Positions 40,087 through 48,980 of a DNA stretch of 64,000 bases are shown here, in pieces. The translations under genes and the position numbers were made by a program. Within the stretch, counting starts at the first letter, position 1, and every line of letters starts with the position of its first letter. The stretch spans positions 3,298,575 to 3,362,574 of the forward strand of contig NZ_CP186334.1 of NCBI RefSeq assembly GCF_049347105.1, read 5' to 3'. The notes under the pieces were generated by a model. It was given only the letters and a program-made list of their open reading frames with translations, was not told where the DNA came from and did not search any database. This stretch comes from Gaoshiqia hydrogeniformans. GTDB taxonomy: Bacteria; Bacteroidota; Bacteroidia; Bacteroidales; Prolixibacteraceae.

Positions 40087-40452
40087 ATGATGATACCGGT
40101 TATTGAGGGAACGCAATTCGGGATGATTACGATCTCGGGCAGACAATATAATTATGATGTGCTGATCCGCCTGAACGGGCAGATTGAAAAACGGAAAAAG
40201 AAATTATCGAAGGAGAAATACGGAACCTCGCATAAAATTTCGTTGGAAGAAGCAGTTACTATTTATGAGCCAGGAGCAAAACAACTCATTATTGGTACTG
40301 GTCAGATTGGCTATGTAAAGCTTTCAGAAGAGGCAGCTTCGTTTTTTAAGCAAAAGAATTGTCAGGTACGACTGGTTGATACCCTGCAGGCGGTTCACGT
40401 ATGGAATGCCGCTGAAGGAAAAGTAATCGGAATGTTCCATGTTACCTGCTGA
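40087..40452 (+). CDS. small conserved hypothetical protein (possibly Mth938-like fold)
   Basis: 121-aa ORF with protein-like composition and no signal peptide. The family guess is weak. Confidence 0.45.
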   Translation: MMIPVIEGTQFGMITISGRQYNYDVLIRLNGQIEKRKKKLSKEKYGTSHKISLEEAVTIYEPGAKQLIIGTGQIGYVKLSEEAASFFKQKNCQVRLVDTLQAVHVWNAAEGKVIGMFHVTC

Positions 40453-40470
40453 CTATTTTTTACTTAAAAC

Positions 40471-41784
40471 CACTAGTGTCCCATTAAAATCGGGACGTAT
40501 TAATAATTAAACAAATTTGGCTCATTAAGGCTAAAACGTTCTTTGTCATTTTGAAATTTAGTTCTATCAAATAGGTCTCGAAGATTAGTTTTATCTGTTA
40601 AAGATATGCTCAATCTGCAAGACCTCATATGTGCTTCTATCAAGTTGCATGTCCTTTTGGACGATTGCCACCAAGCAGTAAGTGCACATGGCAGCGTAGA
40701 TTTGAATCCGAACAGCATTTTCAGTAGTACCCCAAAACTTTTTGATTTTCAGATGTTGCTTTAACCATTTGAAGAACAGCTCGACTTGCCAGCGGTTCTT
40801 GTAAAGTTCAGCAACCTGCAATGCAGAAATGTGCATTGCATTGGTCAAGAATACAAGCTCACGCTTTTGTTCTTCATCCCAATATCTGACCAATCTAAGA
40901 TGCTCTGGATAGTATTGCTTAGGATAAAACCCAGTCAATTCAATTGTTACATCTGAAAGCACGTTCTTGGGCAATCTTCGTTTCCATTTGATCATCTTGC
41001 ATTGTAGATTCTTTTTGGCTCTTAAAACATAGAAAGCTCCTATTTGATGAATCTTATACAACATCTTGAAGTGATTATATGCACGGTCAAATATGTAATA
41101 TGAGCCTGATTCATAAGGGATCTCTTTCATGGCAGTAGAGTCGTGAACAGATGCTTCAGTGATATGGAAAAATGCAGGTATCTGTGTCTCCACATCGTAT
41201 AATGCATGTACTTTGATTCCACCTTTTTTCTTACGGAACTTCGCCCACCAGAATACCGAAAGGCATAAGTCAATTGTCGTTGAATCAAAAGCATAGACAT
41301 TGCCTTCAAGCTTGAAGATGTCAGCAACGCGTTTCTGCCTGGCTTCGTTTACCAGATAGTAAGCATACTCTTCAAAGATGTGATAGTCCCTGTCTTGATT
41401 GGCTCTGGCCAGTGATGATTTTGAAATGTTCTTGCCCAATCCCAAATGATAAGATTTGGAGTGATGAGCATCAAGTGCGACGATCAAATCTCTAAGACTT
41501 TCACGATTTGACAATTGCCCGAACATCAGAGATAGCAATTGATTCCAACAAGTGAAATGCTTCACGTATTTGTCGCCATTGTATTTGGCAACAATACGAT
41601 TGAATTTGCTTCGATTCAGAAACGAGACCAGTTGAGCGAAAACGTATTTGTCTTGATACATATGCAATCAGAATAATCTGATGCAAAACTAAAAATTCAA
41701 GTCCGTTCGCTCGAAAAATGGATACAACTAACTAAATTTCAAATACATCAAAGAACTTTTTTAGTTTTTAATGGGACGGTAATG
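40471..41784 (-). mobile_element. IS4-family insertion sequence (1314 bp), apparently intact, flanked by 9-bp direct repeats
   Basis: A single DDE transposase ORF. Terminal inverted repeats begin CA...GTCCCATTAAAA (left 40471-40490; reverse complement at the right end 41765-41784). There is an additional subterminal inverted repeat of about 40 bp (40531-40568 versus 41721-41765). An identical 9-bp ACTTAAAAC sequence lies at 40462-40470 and 41785-41793. Confidence 0.75.
40591..41667 (-). CDS. IS4-family DDE transposase
   Basis: 358-aa ORF with IS4-type DDE-domain composition (…YAFDSTTIDL…, …DRAYNHF…) lying between the inverted repeats. Confidence 0.85.
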   Translation of the reverse strand: MHMYQDKYVFAQLVSFLNRSKFNRIVAKYNGDKYVKHFTCWNQLLSLMFGQLSNRESLRDLIVALDAHHSKSYHLGLGKNISKSSLARANQDRDYHIFEEYAYYLVNEARQKRVADIFKLEGNVYAFDSTTIDLCLSVFWWAKFRKKKGGIKVHALYDVETQIPAFFHITEASVHDSTAMKEIPYESGSYYIFDRAYNHFKMLYKIHQIGAFYVLRAKKNLQCKMIKWKRRLPKNVLSDVTIELTGFYPKQYYPEHLRLVRYWDEEQKRELVFLTNAMHISALQVAELYKNRWQVELFFKWLKQHLKIKKFWGTTENAVRIQIYAAMCTYCLVAIVQKDMQLDRSTYEVLQIEHIFNR

Positions 41785-41831
41785 ACTTAAAACATAGAAT
41801 TCAGTAAAACCATTTCATATTTTTTTGGCAT

Positions 41832-42482
41832 ATGCTCATCATTTTTTCTAATTTTAACCGGGAAGAATGTGATCAAGTTGCGCCGGAATTTCTTATATTT
41901 ATTTCAGTCTGTCAGTTATTTCCTATGAGCGTACCCGATGAGAAGATCTTGATAAACGCATTGAAGCAAAGTGACAAGAATGCATTTGATGCAATCTATT
42001 ACAGATGTCACAAAAAGCTTTTTGCTTTCTCATTGAAATTTCTGAAAGACCGGGACGAAACGGAAGATCTGATCCAGAAAGTGTTTACCATTTTGTGGGA
42101 ACGCCGGTTGCATCTGGATGAAAATAAGTCGGTTGAAGGCTATCTTTTTCGGATCGTGCGGAACGAGATTTACGATATTTTAAAACTTCGGGCCATCCGC
42201 GGGCATTACAGCGATTATGTGGTTAACAGCCAGGAGGCAGATTTAGATGAGCTGGAAAAAAAGAAGATAATTGAGCAGGTTTTTCAGTTGGTTGATCATT
42301 TGCCTGAGCGGCGCGCTCAAATTTTCCGGATGAGTAAAGAAGAAGGATTAACTTACAGGCAGATTGCCGAAATTCTGCAGATCTCCGAAAATACGGTGGA
42401 TACCCAGATCCGCCACAGCCTCGATTATTTAAGAAAAGAAATGCACAAACTCAGGCTGATCATCCTGAGCATTCTCCCCTGA
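41832..42482 (+). CDS. RNA polymerase ECF-type sigma-70 factor (PUL regulator)
   Basis: Sigma-70 regions 2 and 4. Followed by FecR and a SusC with an N-terminal extension. The likely true start is the Met at 41925. Confidence 0.85.
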   Translation: MLIIFSNFNREECDQVAPEFLIFISVCQLFPMSVPDEKILINALKQSDKNAFDAIYYRCHKKLFAFSLKFLKDRDETEDLIQKVFTILWERRLHLDENKSVEGYLFRIVRNEIYDILKLRAIRGHYSDYVVNSQEADLDELEKKKIIEQVFQLVDHLPERRAQIFRMSKEEGLTYRQIAEILQISENTVDTQIRHSLDYLRKEMHKLRLIILSILP

Positions 42483-42576
42483 ATTCTTATTTTCTTCAGA
42501 ACCTCAAAAAAATAACTTTCCCTTTCACGGAAAGAAACGCTTTTCAGGTATTCTTCATTGTAGAATCACGAATACC

Positions 42577-43686
42577 ATGCAAAAGAAGAAGGAAATAAAA
42601 GAGCTCCTGGAACGGTTTTCTTTTGGGAAAATCAGTAAAGCCGAGCGAAAAATTGTATTCGATTTCTTTAATGATCCTGAGAATGAACCCCTTGTTTATG
42701 ACTGGATCGGCGAGAAATGGAATGAAACAGGTGCGGACGAATTAACGGCTGAATTTTCGTCGGCCGACTTACTCAACCGGATTCATCGGAAAATTGAACA
42801 GCAAAAACAGTCGGGAGTATCTGTGCTGAAAAAAGGAAATGCACGTTTGAGCCGAATTGCAAAAGTCGCGTTGCGTTATGCAGCGGTATGCCTGCTTGCC
42901 TGGGGCGCCCAATGGTATTGGCTGACACAGCTGTCTGAAAGCGCCGGATCACAAAGCTCTTACAACGAAATTGTTGTGCCGCACGGTTCAAAATCGATGA
43001 TCGTGTTGGGCGACAGTACCAAAGTATGGTTGAACGCCGGCGCCAGGTTTCGTTATCCAACCAATTTTGAACAAAAAGGAAGGGAAATTTTTCTCGAAGG
43101 GGAAGCTTATTTCGAAGTCCAAAAGGATGAACACCGCCCTTTTTTAGTCAACATGAACGGCATGAATATTAAAGTGCACGGAACCAAATTCAATGTCAGG
43201 GCCTATGCCGGAGATACCCGGATCGAAACGGCCCTGCTGGAAGGTTCGATCGAAGTGATCGGGGTAAAATCAGCGCAGGGCAACGACGATAATTTATTTC
43301 TTAAGCCGGGTCAGAAGCTGGTGCTGTTTAAGGAGATTAACCAAGATGATGCGATTTCGGATCATCAGGGAAACCGTTTTGGCGATTCGGCCCCGGTTAA
43401 AATAGCACGTGCAGAACTGACGAACCTGCTTAGCGCCGAAAACGAAATTGCCTGGTGTGCGGATAAGCTGGTATTTGAACGGCAACGGTTTGATGAAGTG
43501 AAAACCAAACTGGAACGCTGGTACGGCGTAACCATTGATATACAGGATTCGTCGGTCTTGAACTACCGGTTTACGGGAACCTTTGACCAGGAAACTTTTG
43601 AACAGGCCATTGGCGCCTTAAAACATGCCGCCTCGTTCGAATATGAATTAAATAAGAAACACGTGATCATTAGAAAAAACAAATAA
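42577..43686 (+). CDS. FecR-family anti-sigma factor
   Basis: TM helix, a FecR domain and a C-terminal DUF4974-like region; 369 aa. Confidence 0.85.
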   Translation: MQKKKEIKELLERFSFGKISKAERKIVFDFFNDPENEPLVYDWIGEKWNETGADELTAEFSSADLLNRIHRKIEQQKQSGVSVLKKGNARLSRIAKVALRYAAVCLLAWGAQWYWLTQLSESAGSQSSYNEIVVPHGSKSMIVLGDSTKVWLNAGARFRYPTNFEQKGREIFLEGEAYFEVQKDEHRPFLVNMNGMNIKVHGTKFNVRAYAGDTRIETALLEGSIEVIGVKSAQGNDDNLFLKPGQKLVLFKEINQDDAISDHQGNRFGDSAPVKIARAELTNLLSAENEIAWCADKLVFERQRFDEVKTKLERWYGVTIDIQDSSVLNYRFTGTFDQETFEQAIGALKHAASFEYELNKKHVIIRKNK

Positions 43687-43818
43687 ACGAACTTAAAAAT
43701 AGCGCCTATGTAAAAACTAAGCCTAACTAAAAAGTAGGGACCAACGAATGCACCACCATTCCCCGGTCCCCGTGTGTAAATTAATTCCAGATAAAAATTA
43801 TTAACACGTATCAATTCT

Positions 43819-46800
43819 ATGAAAAAAAATTATTACGTACAAGGGAGAGATGCATTAATTTCTCTCTCCGGAAAAATTTTATTAGTCATGAAACTAACTA
43901 TCGGAATGATCTTATTTTTTGTGTTTCAGGCTACCGCGGTCATTTCCCAGAACACGGTCGCAACCATAAATGTAAAAAACCTGGAAATGGACCGGTTCTT
44001 TACGGAAATTGAACGGCAAACCTCCGTGAAATTTCTTTACCGCTACGAGAATATTGAAGGGAAACGGGTCAGCGTTAACATGGAGAATGCAACCGTTGAT
44101 GAGCTTCTTGAAATGGCGCTTCAGGGCAAAGGGCTCGATTTCAGTAAAATGGGGCATAACCTGATCGTTATTTCCTCAGTAGCCGGTTCCGAACCATCCG
44201 CATCGATGCAAAGCAGGAGAGTAACGGGTAAGGTGACGATCGAATCCGGGCTGCCTTTGCCCGGAGTAGGCATTTCGATCCAGGGAACCACGACCGGAAC
44301 AATCTCCGACGGAGAGGGAAACTATAGTCTGGTGGTTCCGAACGACCAGGCTGTTCTTCACTTTTCATTTATCGGTTATACCCCGCAGGATATTCAGGTA
44401 GGAAGCCAAACAATCATAAATGTGGTGATGGTTGAAGAAAAACTGGCGATTGAAGAAGTGGTTGTTACGGCGCTGGGTATCGAAAAAAGTAAAAAGAGTC
44501 TGACCTATTCAACCCAGCAGGTCGATATCAACAGCCTGACGGCGATCAAAGATGTTAGCCTGGGGAACGCACTGGCCGGTAAAATCGCAGGAGTTTCCAT
44601 TACTGCCTCCACCGGGGCCAGCGGTGTTTCCGGAGATCCGCGTATCATCATCCGCGGCGACCGTACCATCAACGGGGTCGCTCAGCCCCTGGTGGTGGTT
44701 GACGGGATTCAGATGGGAACCAGCGGAGGCGAACTTTCGGGAATTAATCCCGATGATGTGCAAAGCATAAATGTGCTGAAAGGCCCTGCCGCTTCCGCCC
44801 TTTACGGATCAAACGCTCAAAACGGCGTAATTGTGGTGACTACAAAGAAAGGTAAAGCCGGAGCTGCAAAAATAGAAGTCAATTCTGTGACTACTTTCGA
44901 CTTGCCGTATCTGTATCCTGAGTTTCAAAACGAATATTCACAGGGAACCGGCGGCGCTTTTAATGCACAGGAGTTTGTGAAAAGCTGGGGGGTAAAAATG
45001 ACCGGGCAAACCGTGGTCGACTGGACAGGGAAAGAAACCAAGCTCTTGCCGCAACGCAATAATGTGAAGGATTTTTTCCGGACCGGAAATAATTTCACCA
45101 ACAGCTTTTCGTATAGTACCGGAACAGAGAAATCAACCACCTATTTTTCATACAGCAACACGGTGGCTCAGGGCGTTTTGGAAGATAACAGACTGACCCG
45201 GCACAATTTTAACATGCGTTTGAATACCGAACTGCTGAAAAACCTGAACATGGATTTTAAGATTACTTATTACCGCCAGCACCTGAACGACAAGCCGGTT
45301 ACCGGCGACGACTTGTTCAGCCCCATGTTCCAGTTGCTGAAAATGCCACGTAGTATCCGGACCGACGATATTAAAGCGGCTTCGTATTATGATAATGAAT
45401 TCTCGTTGAAACAATTAACCTGGGCTCCGGGCGCTACAGAAGTGGTGAACCCCTACTGGTCTGAAAAAGGTTACGAAGCGCCGGCTACTACCAACCGGGT
45501 AAACACCTTTTTGACCTTGCGCTACGATTTTGCCAGCTGGTTATATGTCCAGTTAAGAGGTGGAATGAATATCGCCAATAACGATGAAGAACGAAAAACC
45601 TATTGGGATACGCAGTATATTAACTCCGGACAAGGAAACTATTACACCAGGTTTGGCAAAAATCAAAATATCAACGGCGACGTTTTGCTGGTATTCAACA
45701 AAGAACTGGTAAAAAACCTGCGGTTGAATTTGAACCTGGGGGCCGAAATAAAAGATTCGCAGGCCCGGAGTATGGAATCGAACTCCAACGGGCTGACTGC
45801 GGAAAATAAATTTGCGTTGAGTTATGCCAAAAGTTTGGTCAGCACCGATGCCGAATCGCGCATTCAGCGTCAGTCTGTTTACGGGATGGGGCAACTAAGT
45901 TACCGTGATTTGTTATTTCTGGATGTCACGGCCCGGAACGACTGGAGCTCGACCCTGCCTGCGCCACATGATTATTTTTACCCTTCCGTTGGTTTAACTG
46001 CCGTAGTTTCCGATATGTTGACCTTACCGGAATTGATCTCTTTTGCCAAACTGCGCGGTTCTTATGCCGAAGTCGGTAACGGCGCCGGTTTTGCCCAGAT
46101 TTATAATACATACTCTGCCGCTGCAACGGGGCCGGTGGGAACATTCTATCCTTCAGGAACGAGAATGCCGATCGACCTGATTCCCGAAAAAACCAAATCA
46201 TGGGAGGCCGGAGGTGAAATCCGGTTTATGGATAACCGACTGGGGATTGACTTTACCTGGTACAAATCGAACACACTCAATCAGTTGATCCTGGTTGTTA
46301 CGCCTGCTACTTCAGGTTACAGCCAAAGCTGGATCAACTGCGGGAACATTCAAAACAAGGGGATTGAAGTGATGGTTAACGCCATACCTGTAAAAACTTC
46401 CGACTTTGACTGGTCAATTGATTTGAATTTCTCGAAGAACAAGAATAAGGTGGTTGAGTTGACCGATATCCAAAAGGAATATGAGGTTAGTTCGCCGAAC
46501 CTGTCACTTGGACAAACCTGGGCAATTGTAGGCAAACCGTTTGGCGAAATCTATACCTACGGTTATGTGAAAAATGACGCGGGGAAAATTATTGTTGATT
46601 CAAGCGGACTGCCAAAGATTGATTATTCGAACACGCCGACCCCCAATACATACCTGGGGAATTTTAATTATGACTGGCAAAGCGGGATGACCAACAATTT
46701 GCGTTATAAAAACTGGAATTTGACTTTCCTGATCGACCTGAATTATGGCGGGGTCCGGCAATCGGCTACCGAAGCCATGATGCTGGAAACCGGAACAAGC

Positions 46801-47193
46801 AAGGCTTCTCTCTTTGGCCGTGAAGGAGGTATCCTGATCGATGGTGTCAAAGATTCAGACGGAACGCCGAATGACATCCGGGTGGATGCCCAGACCTACG
46901 CTGCCGCCCTTGGCGGGCGCATCAGCAACGGGGCCGGAGAACCGTTTAGCCACGAGGCCACCAACTCGCGTTTGCGGGAGTTTTCAGTAGGTTACACGAT
47001 CCCGTTACGGAGCAATATGGTGAAATTGCTGAGGGTTTCCGCAGTAGGGCGTAACCTGTTTTACATCTATAACGGCTGTTCCTGGTTCGATCCCGATGTG
47101 ACTTATGATGTTGACCGGAACGGACAGGGAGCAGAAAGCGCCTTTTTGCCGGGTATGCGTACCGTGGGTGTTAATGTCCGGTTTACTTTATAA
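43819..47193 (+). CDS. SusC/RagA-family TonB-dependent receptor with an N-terminal anti-sigma-signalling (STN) extension
   Basis: 1124 aa containing a carboxypeptidase-regulatory domain, a plug domain and a beta-barrel. The C-terminus ends ...VRFTL. Followed by SusD. Confidence 0.9.
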   Translation: MKKNYYVQGRDALISLSGKILLVMKLTIGMILFFVFQATAVISQNTVATINVKNLEMDRFFTEIERQTSVKFLYRYENIEGKRVSVNMENATVDELLEMALQGKGLDFSKMGHNLIVISSVAGSEPSASMQSRRVTGKVTIESGLPLPGVGISIQGTTTGTISDGEGNYSLVVPNDQAVLHFSFIGYTPQDIQVGSQTIINVVMVEEKLAIEEVVVTALGIEKSKKSLTYSTQQVDINSLTAIKDVSLGNALAGKIAGVSITASTGASGVSGDPRIIIRGDRTINGVAQPLVVVDGIQMGTSGGELSGINPDDVQSINVLKGPAASALYGSNAQNGVIVVTTKKGKAGAAKIEVNSVTTFDLPYLYPEFQNEYSQGTGGAFNAQEFVKSWGVKMTGQTVVDWTGKETKLLPQRNNVKDFFRTGNNFTNSFSYSTGTEKSTTYFSYSNTVAQGVLEDNRLTRHNFNMRLNTELLKNLNMDFKITYYRQHLNDKPVTGDDLFSPMFQLLKMPRSIRTDDIKAASYYDNEFSLKQLTWAPGATEVVNPYWSEKGYEAPATTNRVNTFLTLRYDFASWLYVQLRGGMNIANNDEERKTYWDTQYINSGQGNYYTRFGKNQNINGDVLLVFNKELVKNLRLNLNLGAEIKDSQARSMESNSNGLTAENKFALSYAKSLVSTDAESRIQRQSVYGMGQLSYRDLLFLDVTARNDWSSTLPAPHDYFYPSVGLTAVVSDMLTLPELISFAKLRGSYAEVGNGAGFAQIYNTYSAAATGPVGTFYPSGTRMPIDLIPEKTKSWEAGGEIRFMDNRLGIDFTWYKSNTLNQLILVVTPATSGYSQSWINCGNIQNKGIEVMVNAIPVKTSDFDWSIDLNFSKNKNKVVELTDIQKEYEVSSPNLSLGQTWAIVGKPFGEIYTYGYVKNDAGKIIVDSSGLPKIDYSNTPTPNTYLGNFNYDWQSGMTNNLRYKNWNLTFLIDLNYGGVRQSATEAMMLETGTSKASLFGREGGILIDGVKDSDGTPNDIRVDAQTYAAALGGRISNGAGEPFSHEATNSRLREFSVGYTIPLRSNMVKLLRVSAVGRNLFYIYNGCSWFDPDVTYDVDRNGQGAESAFLPGMRTVGVNVRFTL

Positions 47194-47217
47194 TGTAAAA
47201 TTCTAAATCCCAAGAAG

Positions 47218-48846
47218 ATGAAAAAATATATAACAACTTATTCGTTTGTACTGATCCTTTTGTTGTTTGCCGGAATGTGCGTCCTTCATTCCTGTACGGA
47301 TGATTTTACGGAATACAATACGGATAAATCTAAAATGATGGCCGTAGGGCCAAAGCAAATGGCCGGCTTATTCTCCCGTACCCAAATGGAAGGAATCAAC
47401 TGGTTAACTACCGACAACTACAGTCGTATCTCAAGTACCATGGCTAACCACTTTGCCGGTTATATTGTTTGCGGAATTTCTAACCAGGAAACAAATATCA
47501 TGAATACCGGCTGGCAAAATACCGGGTTTAGCCGGATTTATTCCAGCGCTTACCCGCCTCTTCAAAGTGTCTTTGATGTGTCGCGGAATGGCATAAATGA
47601 TGCCGCTTACAATGTGGGATTGATCTGGAAGGTATTTTTACTGCACCGCATGACCGATCTTTGGGGGCCTGTTCCCTATTCAAAAGCGGGCAGCGGCGAG
47701 GCCGTGGTTCCTTACGAAAGCCAGAGAGATGTTTATTACATGATGTTTGACGACCTGAACAATGCCGTTACTGCCTTGAACGGCCTGTTGCAAAAAACAC
47801 CGGGATTGAATGTATTTGGCGCCGGCGATATGATCTACAACGGCGATGTTGCCAAATGGGTGAAACTGGCCAATACCATGCGCCTTCGTTTGGCCATACG
47901 TATTTCCAATGTGGATGCATCAAAAGCGCAGGCTGAAGCCGAAACTGCTGTGCAATTGGGGACGCTGGAAACCAATGCTGACGATGCTTTGCTGGCAGTA
48001 AACAGATGGACCAGCGGCGGCAACGGAATGCCCCGCATGGAGTCGTTCTACCAGGATGTGATGAGCGCCAGCATGGAAAGTTTGCTGAAAGGCTACAACG
48101 ATCCCCGCATGCAGGAATTTTTCTCTCCGGTCGATCCTGTTAATATCACCGATGCTTTCCCCGATGAATTAAAAACAAATGCGGGTGGATATCACGGGAT
48201 GGCCAACGGCAGCGAGCCTATTTATTTTCCTTATTTCAGAGCGTATTCGAAGTATGGTCCACGCTTTAAAGACGGCAACCAGTTGGTGACGCCGGTCAAT
48301 ATCATGAATGCTTCGGAAGCCTGGTTCCTGAAAGCCGAAGGCGCCTGGAGAGGCTGGAATATGGGGAGCGGCACCGCCCAGTCGTTTTACGAAAAAGGGA
48401 TTGAAATCTCTATCAAACAATGGAGGGGAACAACCTTTTCATCCACAGCAATTACTGATTATATTAACGGAACGACCACCCCGGTGGCTCCGGGAAATTA
48501 CCCGTATAACGATCCGCCGATGACGAACATCCCGGTAAAATTTTCAACCGACAAAACAACCCAGTACGAGCAGATTATCACGCAGAAATGGCTGGCATTG
48601 TTCCCCATCAGTGTTGAAGCTTTCGCTGAATACCGGAGAACACGTTTGCCAAAAATTTATATGAAGAAGTATTCGGCCAATGCCAATGTCAATCCGGCAA
48701 ACGGGCAAATCGTAACCCGGCTTCCATTTACGACAGGAGAGAAAACTTCTCAGCCCGACGAAGTTGAAAAAGCCGTTCAGTTGCTTGGAGGACCCGACCT
48801 GGAAACCACCCCTCTGTGGTGGGATGTGAATAACAACGGGAATTAG
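47218..48846 (+). CDS. SusD/RagB-family lipoprotein
   Basis: Lipoprotein signal (VLHSC); 542 aa, helical TPR-like composition; lies immediately after SusC. Confidence 0.85.
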   Translation: MKKYITTYSFVLILLLFAGMCVLHSCTDDFTEYNTDKSKMMAVGPKQMAGLFSRTQMEGINWLTTDNYSRISSTMANHFAGYIVCGISNQETNIMNTGWQNTGFSRIYSSAYPPLQSVFDVSRNGINDAAYNVGLIWKVFLLHRMTDLWGPVPYSKAGSGEAVVPYESQRDVYYMMFDDLNNAVTALNGLLQKTPGLNVFGAGDMIYNGDVAKWVKLANTMRLRLAIRISNVDASKAQAEAETAVQLGTLETNADDALLAVNRWTSGGNGMPRMESFYQDVMSASMESLLKGYNDPRMQEFFSPVDPVNITDAFPDELKTNAGGYHGMANGSEPIYFPYFRAYSKYGPRFKDGNQLVTPVNIMNASEAWFLKAEGAWRGWNMGSGTAQSFYEKGIEISIKQWRGTTFSSTAITDYINGTTTPVAPGNYPYNDPPMTNIPVKFSTDKTTQYEQIITQKWLALFPISVEAFAEYRRTRLPKIYMKKYSANANVNPANGQIVTRLPFTTGEKTSQPDEVEKAVQLLGGPDLETTPLWWDVNNNGN

Positions 48847-48883
48847 TTGTCTGAATTACCAACTAACTGTAACCATGATAAAA

Positions 48884-48920
48884 AACCTGACAGGCCCCAA
48901 AAACCTGTCAGGTTTATTTC
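48884..48920 (+). terminator. rho-independent terminator after susD
   Basis: 11-bp stem AACCTGACAGG / CCTGTCAGGTT with a 9-nt loop, followed by TATTT. Confidence 0.6.
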
Positions 48921-48980
48921 AACGTAACCGGCGTCGGTGATGACGCTGGCTTTAAATAATTTTCAGAAAATTGAACAACG

